From the NCBI GenBank assembly GCA_036172245.1, contig JAYWIR010000025.1, positions 1,736,001 to 1,800,000 on the forward strand: a stretch of 64,000 nt of DNA. Direction: 5' to 3'. Both the position numbers and the translations under genes were made by a program. Origin of the DNA: Raillietiella orientalis (lineage: Eukaryota). Below the pieces are notes generated by a model, which made no database searches, was not told the DNA's origin, and was given only the letters and a program-made list of their open reading frames with translations. Below, one piece after another: positions 49,201 through 61,200 of the stretch (its first letter is position 1; the number at the start of each line of letters is the position of its first letter).

Positions 49201-52200
49201 CTCCCCCCTTTTTCTCCCTCTCTCTGGGTCCTGAGCTCTCTCTTCAAGTCGTCTCGGCGCGAATGATCCGCGGCTCCTTTGAAAAGAGAGGAAAAAAAGC
49301 AAACAATGTGGGGGAGGAGGGGGAGAATCCACCTCCCCTCTTGAATTCGCCCTCCTCCTCCCCCTCTCCCTTTCCACTCTCTTTTCCCTCCCTCGGAGCA
49401 TCCTCGGAGTTCATCGTCACCGCTGGACCGTGAAGCTCACTCCTCGCCGGCGTCCGCAAAGTTCCTCTCTCGCCTGGTAACCCCGGCGTCTCTTCGTTCC
49501 AGCCCGTGAGTCCGCGCAACCGCCGCCTAACAGTTCACGGAAACCTCTGTGGAGCTTCAGCTGGGGCGTGCACGCGCGTAGGAACGGGCAGAGGGCGCTT
49601 CCGTTCTTCCCGGGGTCGTCACTCTTGACGGGTCAGCTTCTCCCGAAGGGGCGGGGAGGGCAGTCTTACGGACTCTGCTCCGCACCCGCGCACCCTAGTC
49701 AAGAGGGAGGGTCCCACGACCTCTGCCCGCTCTTCGTTCTTCCCCCGTTGCCATGCATTCACGGGACACAGACTTTCGGGGAGACTCGCTGTTCACCCGT
49801 CCTCCCCGCCCTCCCGCGATGCCGTGGGTCCTCCCCACGAGGGTGTTCGGCGCCCTACTCCTCGCCTGCTGCTTCGCAGTGCAATCCGCTACCCAGCGCC
49901 TCCGGAGGCGGAGCCGCCGCCCTCGGCACGTGCTGGCAGACGATGCGGCGAAGAGTTTCCTGGAGGAGCTGACAGCCCTCAGGGTTGCTTGCAGATGCGC
50001 TCGCCTGCCTTGGGAAAGCAGGCGGGGCAGCAGAACGGCTTCAGGGGAATAGAAAAGAAAAGCGTGACTTTCCCCCTTTCGGAAGCAGGGCATTAGGCAG
50101 GATGGGCGCCAGGAGGAGGAGTTGATCCGGGCAAAAGAGGGCGGGTGGGCGAGGACTGCACTGATGCTTCCATAGAGGTGGTCTTACCGCTTTCTTTCTC
50201 TTCGCCTTCTTTACCTGCTTCCGTTCTCGGCAAAGAACTTCTTCTCGTTGGTCCGGACTTTTTTTGAGGTTCTTGCCATGTGGACACCAGGTGGTAAGCG
50301 CGCTGCCCACTTGTTCCTCCTGATTGGTGGTGATCTGGGATGTATCCCCAGCACATGTCCCGGACTGTGCTGGACCTCGGCGCTCACCGCCCTCTTCCCA
50401 CGTTCTCTTCCGCGGATTCTCGGGTTCGCTAAGCAGGTCGTTGCTCCCCGGGTCGCAAACGCCCACCGCCACCGAAGGGTATGCTTCTCCTTCCGTTATC
50501 GAAACAGGAGAGATGGGTCCAGGCGTTGGCGCTCCTTTCAACGCCCCCTATGAGTGCTCACCAGGTACGACGGCACCCCGACACTAGTCCGACCCCGACT
50601 CTGACCCGACCCAGGGCGAAATTTTATTTCTGGCCTCTACACGGGCCACTACCCCACCCACCTTGCCTCTTTGGTCGCCTGGTAGGTGGTTTGCCGAGTT
50701 TCCTCCGAGCGCGCGGGCTCACCTTCACGCGGCCTCTTCCTTTTCTCCTCCTGGGTGGGCGAGCACTCATCCCCGCAAGGCCACGTACAAACCGTCGCCG
50801 GGCCGCCTGCTGGTGGACGTTCCCCGGAAGCTTCGCCTAGAGCCGACGTCAGTGCGACTCTGCAGGTGATCTGCCTGGGAAGTACCGTGGAGAGGGCGAG
50901 CAGATTTCGAGCCGGATCTGAGGGAAACGACGAGGGACTAGGAAGAAGAAGAGAGTCGTCTTCGTACTTCTCCGTAGCGATACTCCGGTGTGGAAGGGTA
51001 TTTGGGTTTCCGGGCTGCCGCAGCCGCCTCGGTCGCCATTCTCCAAACAGACAAGCAGGACCCGCAAGAACGGTGCGATAGGAGGGCTCCAGAGAAAGCC
51101 GAGCTGCTTTGAGGGAGCAGTTACTGCTTCTTCTTTCTCTGAGGCCGCTGCATCTTCAGACCTCGCGCAGCCTCCCTCTACTCGCCCATGTACCCAGGAG
51201 CCAATTCGAACTCTTCACCACTCGCTGCGGCTCCGAGAGAACTCGTGCAAACTTGACGGTAGTAACATGGAAAACCTGCACTGAGACCGTTTCGGGAGGC
51301 TGTTTGTTCTCATTCGTTTCTCTCCCTGTAACTTTCTCCGGCGTAGAGTGGAGGCCAAACGTTCCCCAAGGGAGCGTATAGAAGTCAGGCACCTACAATG
51401 CGCTCTTGACGGATGAGCGAAGAATGAGTTCCATGCTGGAGTGTTCCTTCGCAACTTCAGGAGCGCCATTCTCCATCCTTCCGGACTACTGCAAGCATCA
51501 GCATCAATTCCTCTGAGCAGGAAAAAAAAAAAATGCTACACGTATCTCATAAATTGCAAAAATCTCGCTCCACCTTGCGACTCATTTTTATCACTCCAAA
51601 GAGATCTTGGAATTTAAAGAATTGGAGGGAACCTTCGTCTTAAAGCTTGCGAACTCGTGATGAGATGCTGCGAAGTGAGAAGCGGCTCAAAACTACGGAA
51701 GCTCGGGAAGATGAACTTCTGCCTCCTGGTCGTGAATTTTGAGCACCAGGGAAAGGTGGACTGGCAGTCCTCGGTTCCGGAGACGATCTGGAGCATCTGG
51801 AGCTCTTTGCTTAAGCCCTGTAGCGATCGATTCCCTCTTTTTTTTTTTTTTTCAATCGTCTTTTCTGAAAATTCCTTCTAGGAAGACCATGTCTTCTAAA
51901 AGGAATTTCGTCGCGGGATTTCGTAAGCGAACTGGAAGCGTTCCGAAAACGGAACTCCAGCTCAATCTTTGGGGGCTTTGCATCCTCCTCCCCCCAAGAA
52001 TTCCTTGAGGAACTTTCTTATTCGCGCCCTAGGGAAAGAATGAAATCGCAAGGAAGTTCTCTTTGCTCGCGTGTTGCCCCCAACCGATCGTACGTTACGA
52101 AACCGAAGTTCTATTTTTGCCTCGGAGACCAAGGACCCTCACGCGATCCCACGAAGTCGCTTCAGAGCTGATTAGCGCTCGTTGATGCAATTCTTCTGCC

Positions 52201-55200
52201 CGCCTTTACAACCCTAGCTCCAGCCTTCGGTTTGAGTTTTCGGCGGAAGGTCATCGCAGTGCCTTCTTCACACTCCGGCGCTGCGCATGCTGGCTGTTTC
52301 GAAATGGTGAGAACACCGCCTGCTGAAGGCAGTGCAAAGCTTTCGTGGACGAAGCATCCGTACCGCTCCAAGCAGAATGAAACGGAACCCCCCGTTGGGC
52401 TTTGTCCTTCTCTCTCTCACAGCCAGCATCGTGCGTCCAGAATCGTCTGCAAATGGACCGAAAAATGAGACATACGACGGCGCTGTTGCGGCTGATCATC
52501 CCTCCCACGCACCTGCGGTGCCTCGCCCGCCGCCTCTCTGAAAAGGGCGCGCGCGACATCCAAGTGCCGGAGATGCACGCCCGAGGGTCTACGAGGGTGC
52601 TGGATTTTGACTTTAGTGGCATGCAACGTGCAGTCGCCTTCGAGACGATACGAAATGAAAAAAATGAAGCAGTGTGAAGGAAAGGATTTCTGTTCTGGGT
52701 CTTGTAAGTGGAGACCCAGGCAGCGTTCTCGTGAAGATCGAGGAAGACGAAGGAAGCCACGCAGGCGGGATGGATTCGTGCCGTTTGCTGCCTGCCGAAG
52801 AGGATTCCTATTATATTTAAATGCGCATGCGTCGATGGATGCAGCGGAAGGTTGCCAGAGGGACCGAGCTTGCATGAACCGTGGCGGCGTTTTCGGAGCA
52901 CGCGCCAGCGCTCCGACTCCGGACATGATTCTGCTGCACGGAGAATCGTTGCGCATGGAACAGGAACGGTCAACGTATGAGCACCCTGACCTGCGGCCGA
53001 AGTCTTATTTCGGATGATTCTTCAATGAAAGATAAGCCGTGAATCCTTTCGTATCCAGGTGGAAGAAAAGGACGGGGCGAAAATCGTTTGGAGGTCTGAA
53101 GACCAAAGTTGGCCCGTGAGAAGCACCGTGCTCGTGTCGGAAATCCAAGTGCCGAGTGCAATGGCGAGGAGACGGCCCGCAGCGTCCGCGAGGGGTAGCG
53201 GCGTGGGCTCGAATACGATCTGGGGTCGGATGGGTTCCGGGTTTCGAATCTCCTGACGATGACGCTGAGGTGGTTCAATCTTCGGGTGTGCGCCGACCCA
53301 CACCCCGAAGCGCAGTTCGGCAATGGGGCGGTAGAGAGGAAGCTGGTCGGACTTGCGAAGGTTTCCTCGTCTTGCTTCCAGATACAAGATACCGAGTCTG
53401 GTTGTACAGAAGTGCCCGAGGTCTATCGCGTTGCTTGCGGTCCGCGAGTTTGCTGTACAGTTCGCCCGAGGCACTGAAGAGCAAGAGGGAGAAGTTTTCC
53501 CAGAGTGCTGCGGAAACTTCGCGGAAGAACAAAAGTGTGAAGTAAGCGTTTGTTCACTTCTCCGAGTGAGGCTGTGATCCGCTCCATCCTCTCCCAGAGC
53601 CAAAGCACTGAAGAATCTCATTCTTTTAATCGGTCTCTTTCATGCGAAGATCGATGTGTTTTTAAAGAATAAAGGTGACGGGGGTTTCCTCCGTTTCTGG
53701 GAACAGTTGCAAAAGAGAAAAGCAGGTTTCGTGCCTCATTACTCAGACCGACCCCCCAAAAAACGGCAAGCTGCAACCTTCTGATTGAATACAAAAAAAG
53801 AAGGAAAAAAATAAAATCAATGTTCGAATTTTGTTGACTGTGTTGTCTCATGCTCTTGGAAGCATCCTCACACGTCTATTACATTTTCGACTAACAGATG
53901 CCACTTGCCCCTTCCAGATTCCCATCTCACTTTGTTCCCTCTAAACGTCGTCTCTTTGTTTCAGATGTCAACGAATGTGCCAACACGCAGTGTGACGCGG
54001 CATCCACAGAATGCGAGAACTCTCAGGGAGCGTTTTTCTGCAAGTGCAGACCAGGATTCCGACCGAATTTGGACTGCCGGCCCGTCGGCGATCTCGGCGT
54101 GAGCACGGGTGGCATCCCCGACCGTTCGATTTCGGTATCCGGGTCCGAGAAGCTTTACGAGAAAGAGGTAGGTGCTTGGGGCTTGCCTGCCGTCTTCCGA
54201 GAGCGTGCGCTCTCGCCTTGCGACACTGGGCTCCCGAAGCTGTCATCTCAGGGAAGCAAAGGTCACTCACTACCTTAGTGACAGTTCCCTGGTGGGATAC
54301 CAGGGAACTGTCACTGTTCTCTTCCTTGTCCTCCCTGTTGTTTTCTGAATCAGCATGCAAACTGATACAGAGCCAACTCGCTTTCGAGTTCGTTTGTATT
54401 TCACCTTTGACAGTCGCTTGGTTACAGCTTCGTGCTGGAGGTAGGCTGGAATTTCAGAGTTTCTGCTGCTGTCCCCCGATACTCTTCCTATCTCTGAGGG
54501 AATCGTAGTGGCGCTTTGACTATTTTCGCAAGAATTTTATTGACCGTCCTCTGGAAGATCCACGAGATGATCAGCTTTCCAAACTGAAGGTCATCTCTCT
54601 TTACCCTTTCTTAGTAGAGATTGCAAAAGTTGTGTTACTTATGTGTTTGCATCTTATTGAGATCCCTGCTCCATGTTGATGGCTGTGGAGGTAGGAAAAG
54701 GAAGAGAGTCACACAAACCGTAGGATTTCTTTCTTCCCCTTGAGATTGTTTTCGCTGCCCCAGACAAAGAAGCTGCACAAAGATCCGAAGACACGGAAGC
54801 CGAAATTCTCGCAAGCGAAAGCTGGGTACCATACCTGCACACACACACTCAAGAACTTCCCTGCGCACTTGCTCCGTCCACAGACCCCACACACCCCACG
54901 CACTGCACAATTATTTCACTCTACTTCTTTCGAGCTGCAGAAGGAAACTTAGTGCAATCTTGGACCGTAGTGTCCACTCCATCTCTTTATCAGGCCAAAG
55001 AGATGAAGCAAATCATCTCTTTAGCTACAAAAGAAGAAAAAGGAAACAGCGAAGTTTCCGTAGATATTTCATGCGGTGAGGGTGCCCAGAACAGCTTATC
55101 TTGTTTTCTGGATCCGAAAGATCCTCAGATGCAACCAGGAAGGCGGGCGCGCGTTTTTTTTTTGTTTTTGGAGCGAGTGTCGGTCGCATCATTCGGCGAC

Positions 55201-58200
55201 GGTGCCTCAAGGAAAGTCATTGTCTTCGCATCCACAGTTCTGCGTGCTTTCCAGTTGGTTCGTCTGAACAGCCCCCAGGGCTGGTGCGGCTCTTTCCTGG
55301 TGCCCAACAGCAACTGGATCATGTTCGACTTGCTCGCACCCACGATCCTGCGAGGCTTCCGGACCAGACCCGTCATCCGCAGAGACGGCACGAAGGCCTA
55401 CGCGTCCGTGCTCAAGCTGCAGGTAAGCGGGGAGACCAGCGAACCTCGAGGCCGCATCGGCGCCCCTTCCTCAGTACTCCGACGACCTCAAGGACATCTT
55501 CAAAGAGTATCTCACTCCGGACGGTACTACCGTGGAATTCCGCATCACCTCGGGAGACGGACCGTCCATCATCAAGTTTCCCGTTCCCATCGAAGCCAGA
55601 TACTTCAAGTTCATCATTCAGGTTCCTTTATTACTATACACCCTAATGCGTGCACCCGCATCTTCAGAGTAACTGGTGGCTCGGTTTATTCGCCAGTCCA
55701 TTATACACTGTTATTATTATTATTACTATTCAAAGTAGCAGTACAGCCATCGTTAGCACTATTACTGCAATGCCTGTTGCTATTAGAATTCTTACCATAC
55801 TACTACTGTTGCCACCATTACTATAACTTATTAAAACTATTTGGCAACGAATCTTGCGAGAAGGGAGTTCACGCCGTCGGTTTTTGCAGGAGTTCGAGCA
55901 ATTCCCTTGTCTCAAGATCGAGCTGACGGGATGCAGCAGGCAGGAGTGTCTGGACGTCAACGAGTGCTCCGAAAACAATGGCGGCTGCTTCCAGAAGTGT
56001 TCCAATAGGTAGTAGGTAGCCCAGTGTCCTGCTTTCCTCAAAGTCGCCTACAGCCCCGGGTCGTTTTCGTGCTCCTGCTACCCGGGCTACGAGCTCTTCA
56101 CCCACAACGGGACATTGGGATACCACATCAAGGATTCCGAAACGGGAAGGCGCGACAACGACGTGTACCGCATCAACAAGACGTGCGTGCCGAAGACATG
56201 CTCGTCCATCCAGAGTCCCGAGAACGGATTGATGGAAGCTGTTCAGGTAGGGAGCGCCCAAGGATTTGCCGCGCATCTCCCCGCCCCCCACGCACGCCCG
56301 TCGCTTAGCCGACCGGGCGACCCGACCTCTCTCGGATGGTAGCTTTGCTTTTCCGCGAGCCGGATGGGAGCGCGCGCGAAGGAGGTGGTCGCACGACTGG
56401 AATTCGAATGACAGGAACCCGAGGCGCCGTGGTTTGGCCCCGGAGGCCCGGAGAGTGCGTGTGCGCTCGCCGCGGGGCAACCGCTGAGCGCCCTCGGGGA
56501 GGTCCGCTGCCGCTCGTCGCTCGCAGGCAGCCGCACGAACTAGAGCAAACGCATGACTACGACACCCTCGTCTCCCGTTTCCCTCTGAGCGTGGGAGACC
56601 GGGTCTCCCCCTCTCTCCTGCCCTTTTCTTCGCTTCCTACCCCCTCCATCCCCGAGCGGTCATGCGTCCCCTCTTGAGGATGGAACTCTCCGGAAGAAGT
56701 GAGTGTGCCTTGCGGAAGGTTTGGGAACCGCGTTCCCCCTACTCCGCCTCCATTTCGTGGCGTTTGCGGTTCTTTGGTTCCTCACACGTGTACAATGAGG
56801 GCGGAAGAGGCACCCACGTGACTTGACCATGCGTGCGGCACGTTCCTTGCACATCGAGGCGGAAGTCGTTCGGTTGCATCCTTCTGTGTTTTTTTTTTTC
56901 CTTCTCCTTCAGCGGTCACGTCCACCTGTTTTTATGAGCCTACCGCGACGCGCCTTTTTGGTATGACAGGACGGATGCGGATGCAGCCGTCATGTGGGAC
57001 GGGAACTTTCCTTCCCACGTGACCTGTGACGAAATGCCTGCGCGACTTACGCTCTGTCTCCCGACATCCTCTGTTTCTCTGCTCCGGCGTTTGTCTTCCC
57101 GGAAGAGGGTGGCCGCGGCGTCTCGGTTCAATCTCTCTTTTTCCGGGATGTGTGGGTCCCTGCCCCACCCTCGGACGATCCCTGAGCTCGTGATGGACCC
57201 TCCCGGATGGTGTTTCCGAACTCCCCCCCCCTCCCCGTGGTTATCGAACCCGGCATCCCCTCATCCGCCATCCCACTCGGGTTCGCGGACGAGTCCGCGG
57301 CTCACCTTGCGCAAACATCTGCGTTCCTCTCCTAGCAGCCGTTCCGTTCCTCCGGATGCATCACGTGGCGCTTCCGTGCTCCCGCCTCGATCTGATCGGA
57401 GACGGAGGCGCCGGGTGGGGTCGGATGCGCCTCCGGAACCTCCTGTCCGTGCGGTGACCCCAGGCCTCGCCCGATTCCGGGAGCTGGAGAAAGGGGGAGC
57501 TGGCCGTCATTCTCTTCCAGTTCGCTTAGTCACCGGGCTGCCGGATCACCTGATCTCGGCGGCCGTAAAATGAAAGGGAAGGTTTTTGGTGTATGTGTGA
57601 CGTCACCGCGCATGTCTCGATTCCTGTGCTCGTCCGATCGACGGAATCTGAAGGGTGTCCCGGGAGGCGCGAGAGGCAAAGGGGAGCGGCCGTCGCCGTT
57701 GCCATGGAGACCAAGGCGCAAGACCACTCTGTGAGACGAGCAGACGGGCGGCACCCTTCTCGCAGGAACTTGGGCGTCGCTTTCCTCCCAGGGACTCCAG
57801 AAGACGCAGGAAAATTGGTCGATAGACCGCAGGAGACCATCGGGTAATTCAGGGAGCCTTCAGGACCTGCACGACCTCCCCCCCGTGGATTTTCCTGATT
57901 TCTCTTTCTCCTTCTTGGGCGTTCGGTGCACTCTTCGGAGGCAGATGACCTTTGCCTGCGGACTGATGATGGTGACGAACAGGTGTTCTTCCTCACCTCT
58001 GGGCCGAAGCTCAGACTGCACTCTGGTGGTCATCCACGATTCCCCCGTCTCAACCATCCGCTCTCTTTCTTTGATCCACCGCCGTTTCCCCCCTCTTCTT
58101 CCTTTTTCTCCCGTCGTTCAGTGCAAAACGGTGCGCGCAACCTGCGTATCCAGAGTCCCTCGGTCGAAGACCCTGGACGGAGTGGACTGTCGGTGTTGTT

Positions 58201-61200
58201 CTGTGGCCTCCTGTTACGAGAGAGGTCGCTGCTTTGGAGTCCAGGTCTCTGCCACCCTGTCCACTTGCAGAGAAGCTTCCCGAACGCTCCTCAAGGCGCT
58301 CGTTTCCCGTGCCTGTGGTTTAAAGGAGGGAAGGTGCTGGGCGTTTCGGAGGGTTTCCGACTGCCTCGCGGGATAGTGGTGATGACAGCGACGATGACGT
58401 TGTCGCTACGGCGGCGGGGAACGGAAGAGAGGGGAGGGGAAAGAGGAGGGGGCAGAGGGAGGAAGTCGAAAACTACGGATAGGAAGATGAATTCTCAAGG
58501 AATAGAGGAGTGTGCCTTTGTGTCTCGTCTCGTCGTCCACTTTGGCTCCCCATCCTTCCTCAGTGACGTCATGCGCCGTCTGCGGCTGCGCTTTTCCTGT
58601 ACTGTTGGTCTAGACTAGGCTGGTGACATCCGCTACGCGGTTCTCAAGGACTTCTGCTCTCTCAAAAGCTCGTAGACGGGCACCGGCGATGCTCTTGTGG
58701 CGCCCTCCCACCTTACGGCCTTGCAAAGGCGCGTGCCGTGCCGCGACTGCGAGGTAAACAGCAGGCGTCTCCTTGAATACGGGGGATGCTCAGGCTCTTG
58801 AAACTTTTCACGCTTTCCTTTCTCTCGCGCAACCGGGAGATGCAGGAACGACCTTGGTTTGTGCCTTTCCGGAACACTCCCGCTCAGTCCTTTGGAACCA
58901 CCGACATGGGCGCATGCAGAACGATCGCCCCTTTTCCTCGCCATGCTGGGCTCATCCGTGTGGCTCTCCTTAGCAGCAGCTGCAGCGACGTTCATCTTAT
59001 GACTATTCTTCCTCCTACTCTTTTTTTTCTTCTTTTCTGTCTCCGCGTCCCTTCCCTTTTTGAGCTTCTTGGTTTCGCGACTTTTCCCTGGAAAGCTGGG
59101 CATCCCTCCAGACGCGAGAGACCAGGTCAACCCCTTCCTCCTGCCCTGCTCTTCGCTGCCCACCCCCTCCATCCCCGAACGGTCACCCGTCCCCTCTCGA
59201 GAATGGGACTCTGCGAAAGAACTGAGTTTGCCATGCGGAAGGTTCGGGAGTCACGGAAATCCTTGAGGGGAATCCTTGAAGGAGCTCATCGACTTGCCGT
59301 TTCAGGAGACCTTTCGGTTCGGAGACGTCGTCAGCTTCCTCTGCCACGTCGGGTACGTCATGAAGGGAGAGCCTACGCTGAGGTGCGACAGCGACGGGCA
59401 GTGGAACGGATCGGTCCCGGAGTGTCGCCGTAAGCCAAAAGGGCGAGCAGGGACGCGGCACGCCCTTCCTCCTCCTCTTCCAGCTGCTGAGTGCGCTTAC
59501 ATCCAGAGCGATCCCTCGGAAGGACTTTCCGTGCTGAAGAACCCCGACTCTGAGCTGGTGGCGTACGGAGACAACGTCACCTTCACCTGCGACGAGATCG
59601 GAAAACAGTTGAGGAAGACTGCAACCTCTGGATTCCGGCAGTGTGTCTACGATCCGAAACCCGGGTTCCCGTTCAGCTACTGGCTGTCGGTAAGCGAGGG
59701 ATCAGGGAGAAGGGTACAGGAAGGAGATCGCATTGGGGATGTTTGCTTCAGGGAGCCCCTCCCGGATGCGAACGCGTGGATTGCGGACAACCTTCGGAAA
59801 CCCCGGGAGCCGTGTACGGATTCTATCCGGACACTGCGTACCAGTCCTCCTTCTACTTCGGCTGCGAGGAGACGTTCAGTCTGGCCGGTCAGACCAGCCG
59901 CAGCGACAACGTCGTGGTGTAAGCGCGCGGGATGAATAGGGGAAAGAAGGGAGAGCTTCCCCCCCCTCATTGCCCGGTTACTCGTTGCAGGTGCCGCGAG
60001 GAAGGAGTCTGGGATTTCGGAGACCTCCGCTGCGAAGGACCCGTCTGCGAGGACCCTGGGAGGCCTCCGGACGGTAGCCAGATTGCTACTGGATACGAGC
60101 AGGTAGCCGCGCCTTCGTCCCTTCTTCTCCGTCTTTCTCCTCGGCTTTTTCCATCAAGTCCCTCTCCCTTGGCGGAGGGAATGGTTGGAACGCGTGGGTT
60201 CTCGGCTCAGCATCCAGGGAACTCTCGCTAGGGCTGGGAGGAATTAGGGAGTTCCTTCTCTCGGTCCCCCTCCCTCGAGTGAGGATTCTCGCTGGTTGTG
60301 ACGTAGCACGAGGTTGAGGAGGAGAGAGGAGGATGGAGCCTTCTCTTCTTTGCCGTGCTGTCCCCTATCCACCTTTGACGGGAGCGCGTGCTCCTTCCAG
60401 GGCTCGGAGGTGCGCTTCTCTTGCAACAGACCTGGGTACGTTCCCATATACGACGACCCCATCCGCTGCCAGAGCGACTCGGAGTGCAGAGTCATTCGTC
60501 CCCTGGGCATCACCTCCGGTCTGATCCCAGACAGGGCGATCAACGCCACGTCCCGCAACCCGAACTACGAGGAGAAGCACGTGCGTCTTAACTCGGCCAC
60601 CGGCTGGTGCGCCCGGAAGCAGGAGACCTTCTCCTTCGTCACCGTCGACCTGGGAGACGTGTACCGGGTGAAAGTGAGTGGAGAGGGAGGTCCTTGTAGG
60701 GGGGACTGCTTACCGAGGCCACTGCGCCACCCGGAAGACGATCCTCGTCAAGGGCGTCGTGACCAACGACATTGTGGGCCGACCCAAGGGGATCCGGTTC
60801 TTCTACAAGAAGAGAGAGGAGGAGAACTACATCGCCTACATCCCAGAGTTCAACCTGACCTCGAGGGATCCAGGAAACTTTGGCGAACTGTCGGTCATTA
60901 TGCTACCCAAGTCCATTCAGGCCCGGTTTGTCATCCTGGGGCTGACCAGCTACGATCAGAATCCGTGCCTCAAGTTCGAGCTGATGGGGTGCAAAGACGA
61001 TCCAGCGAGGGCTCACTACTTGGGATTTGAGACGGGATACCCCTTCTGCGTGGGTAAGGAATTGGAGAAGGCCTCGGGAGCGGGAGCAGGGAGCAGTCGA
61101 GACGCGCGCGTCTTCCTCTTTCCCTAGATAATGAGGCACCCCACTACGAGAATTGCCCCAGCGAACCCATCCGGGTGCGGTATGGGGAGAACGGGCTGCA

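Noticed and set aside
55640..55670. Hammerhead-like CTGAAGA plus short stem on the minus strand
   Set aside because: The essential GAAA after stem II is absent.
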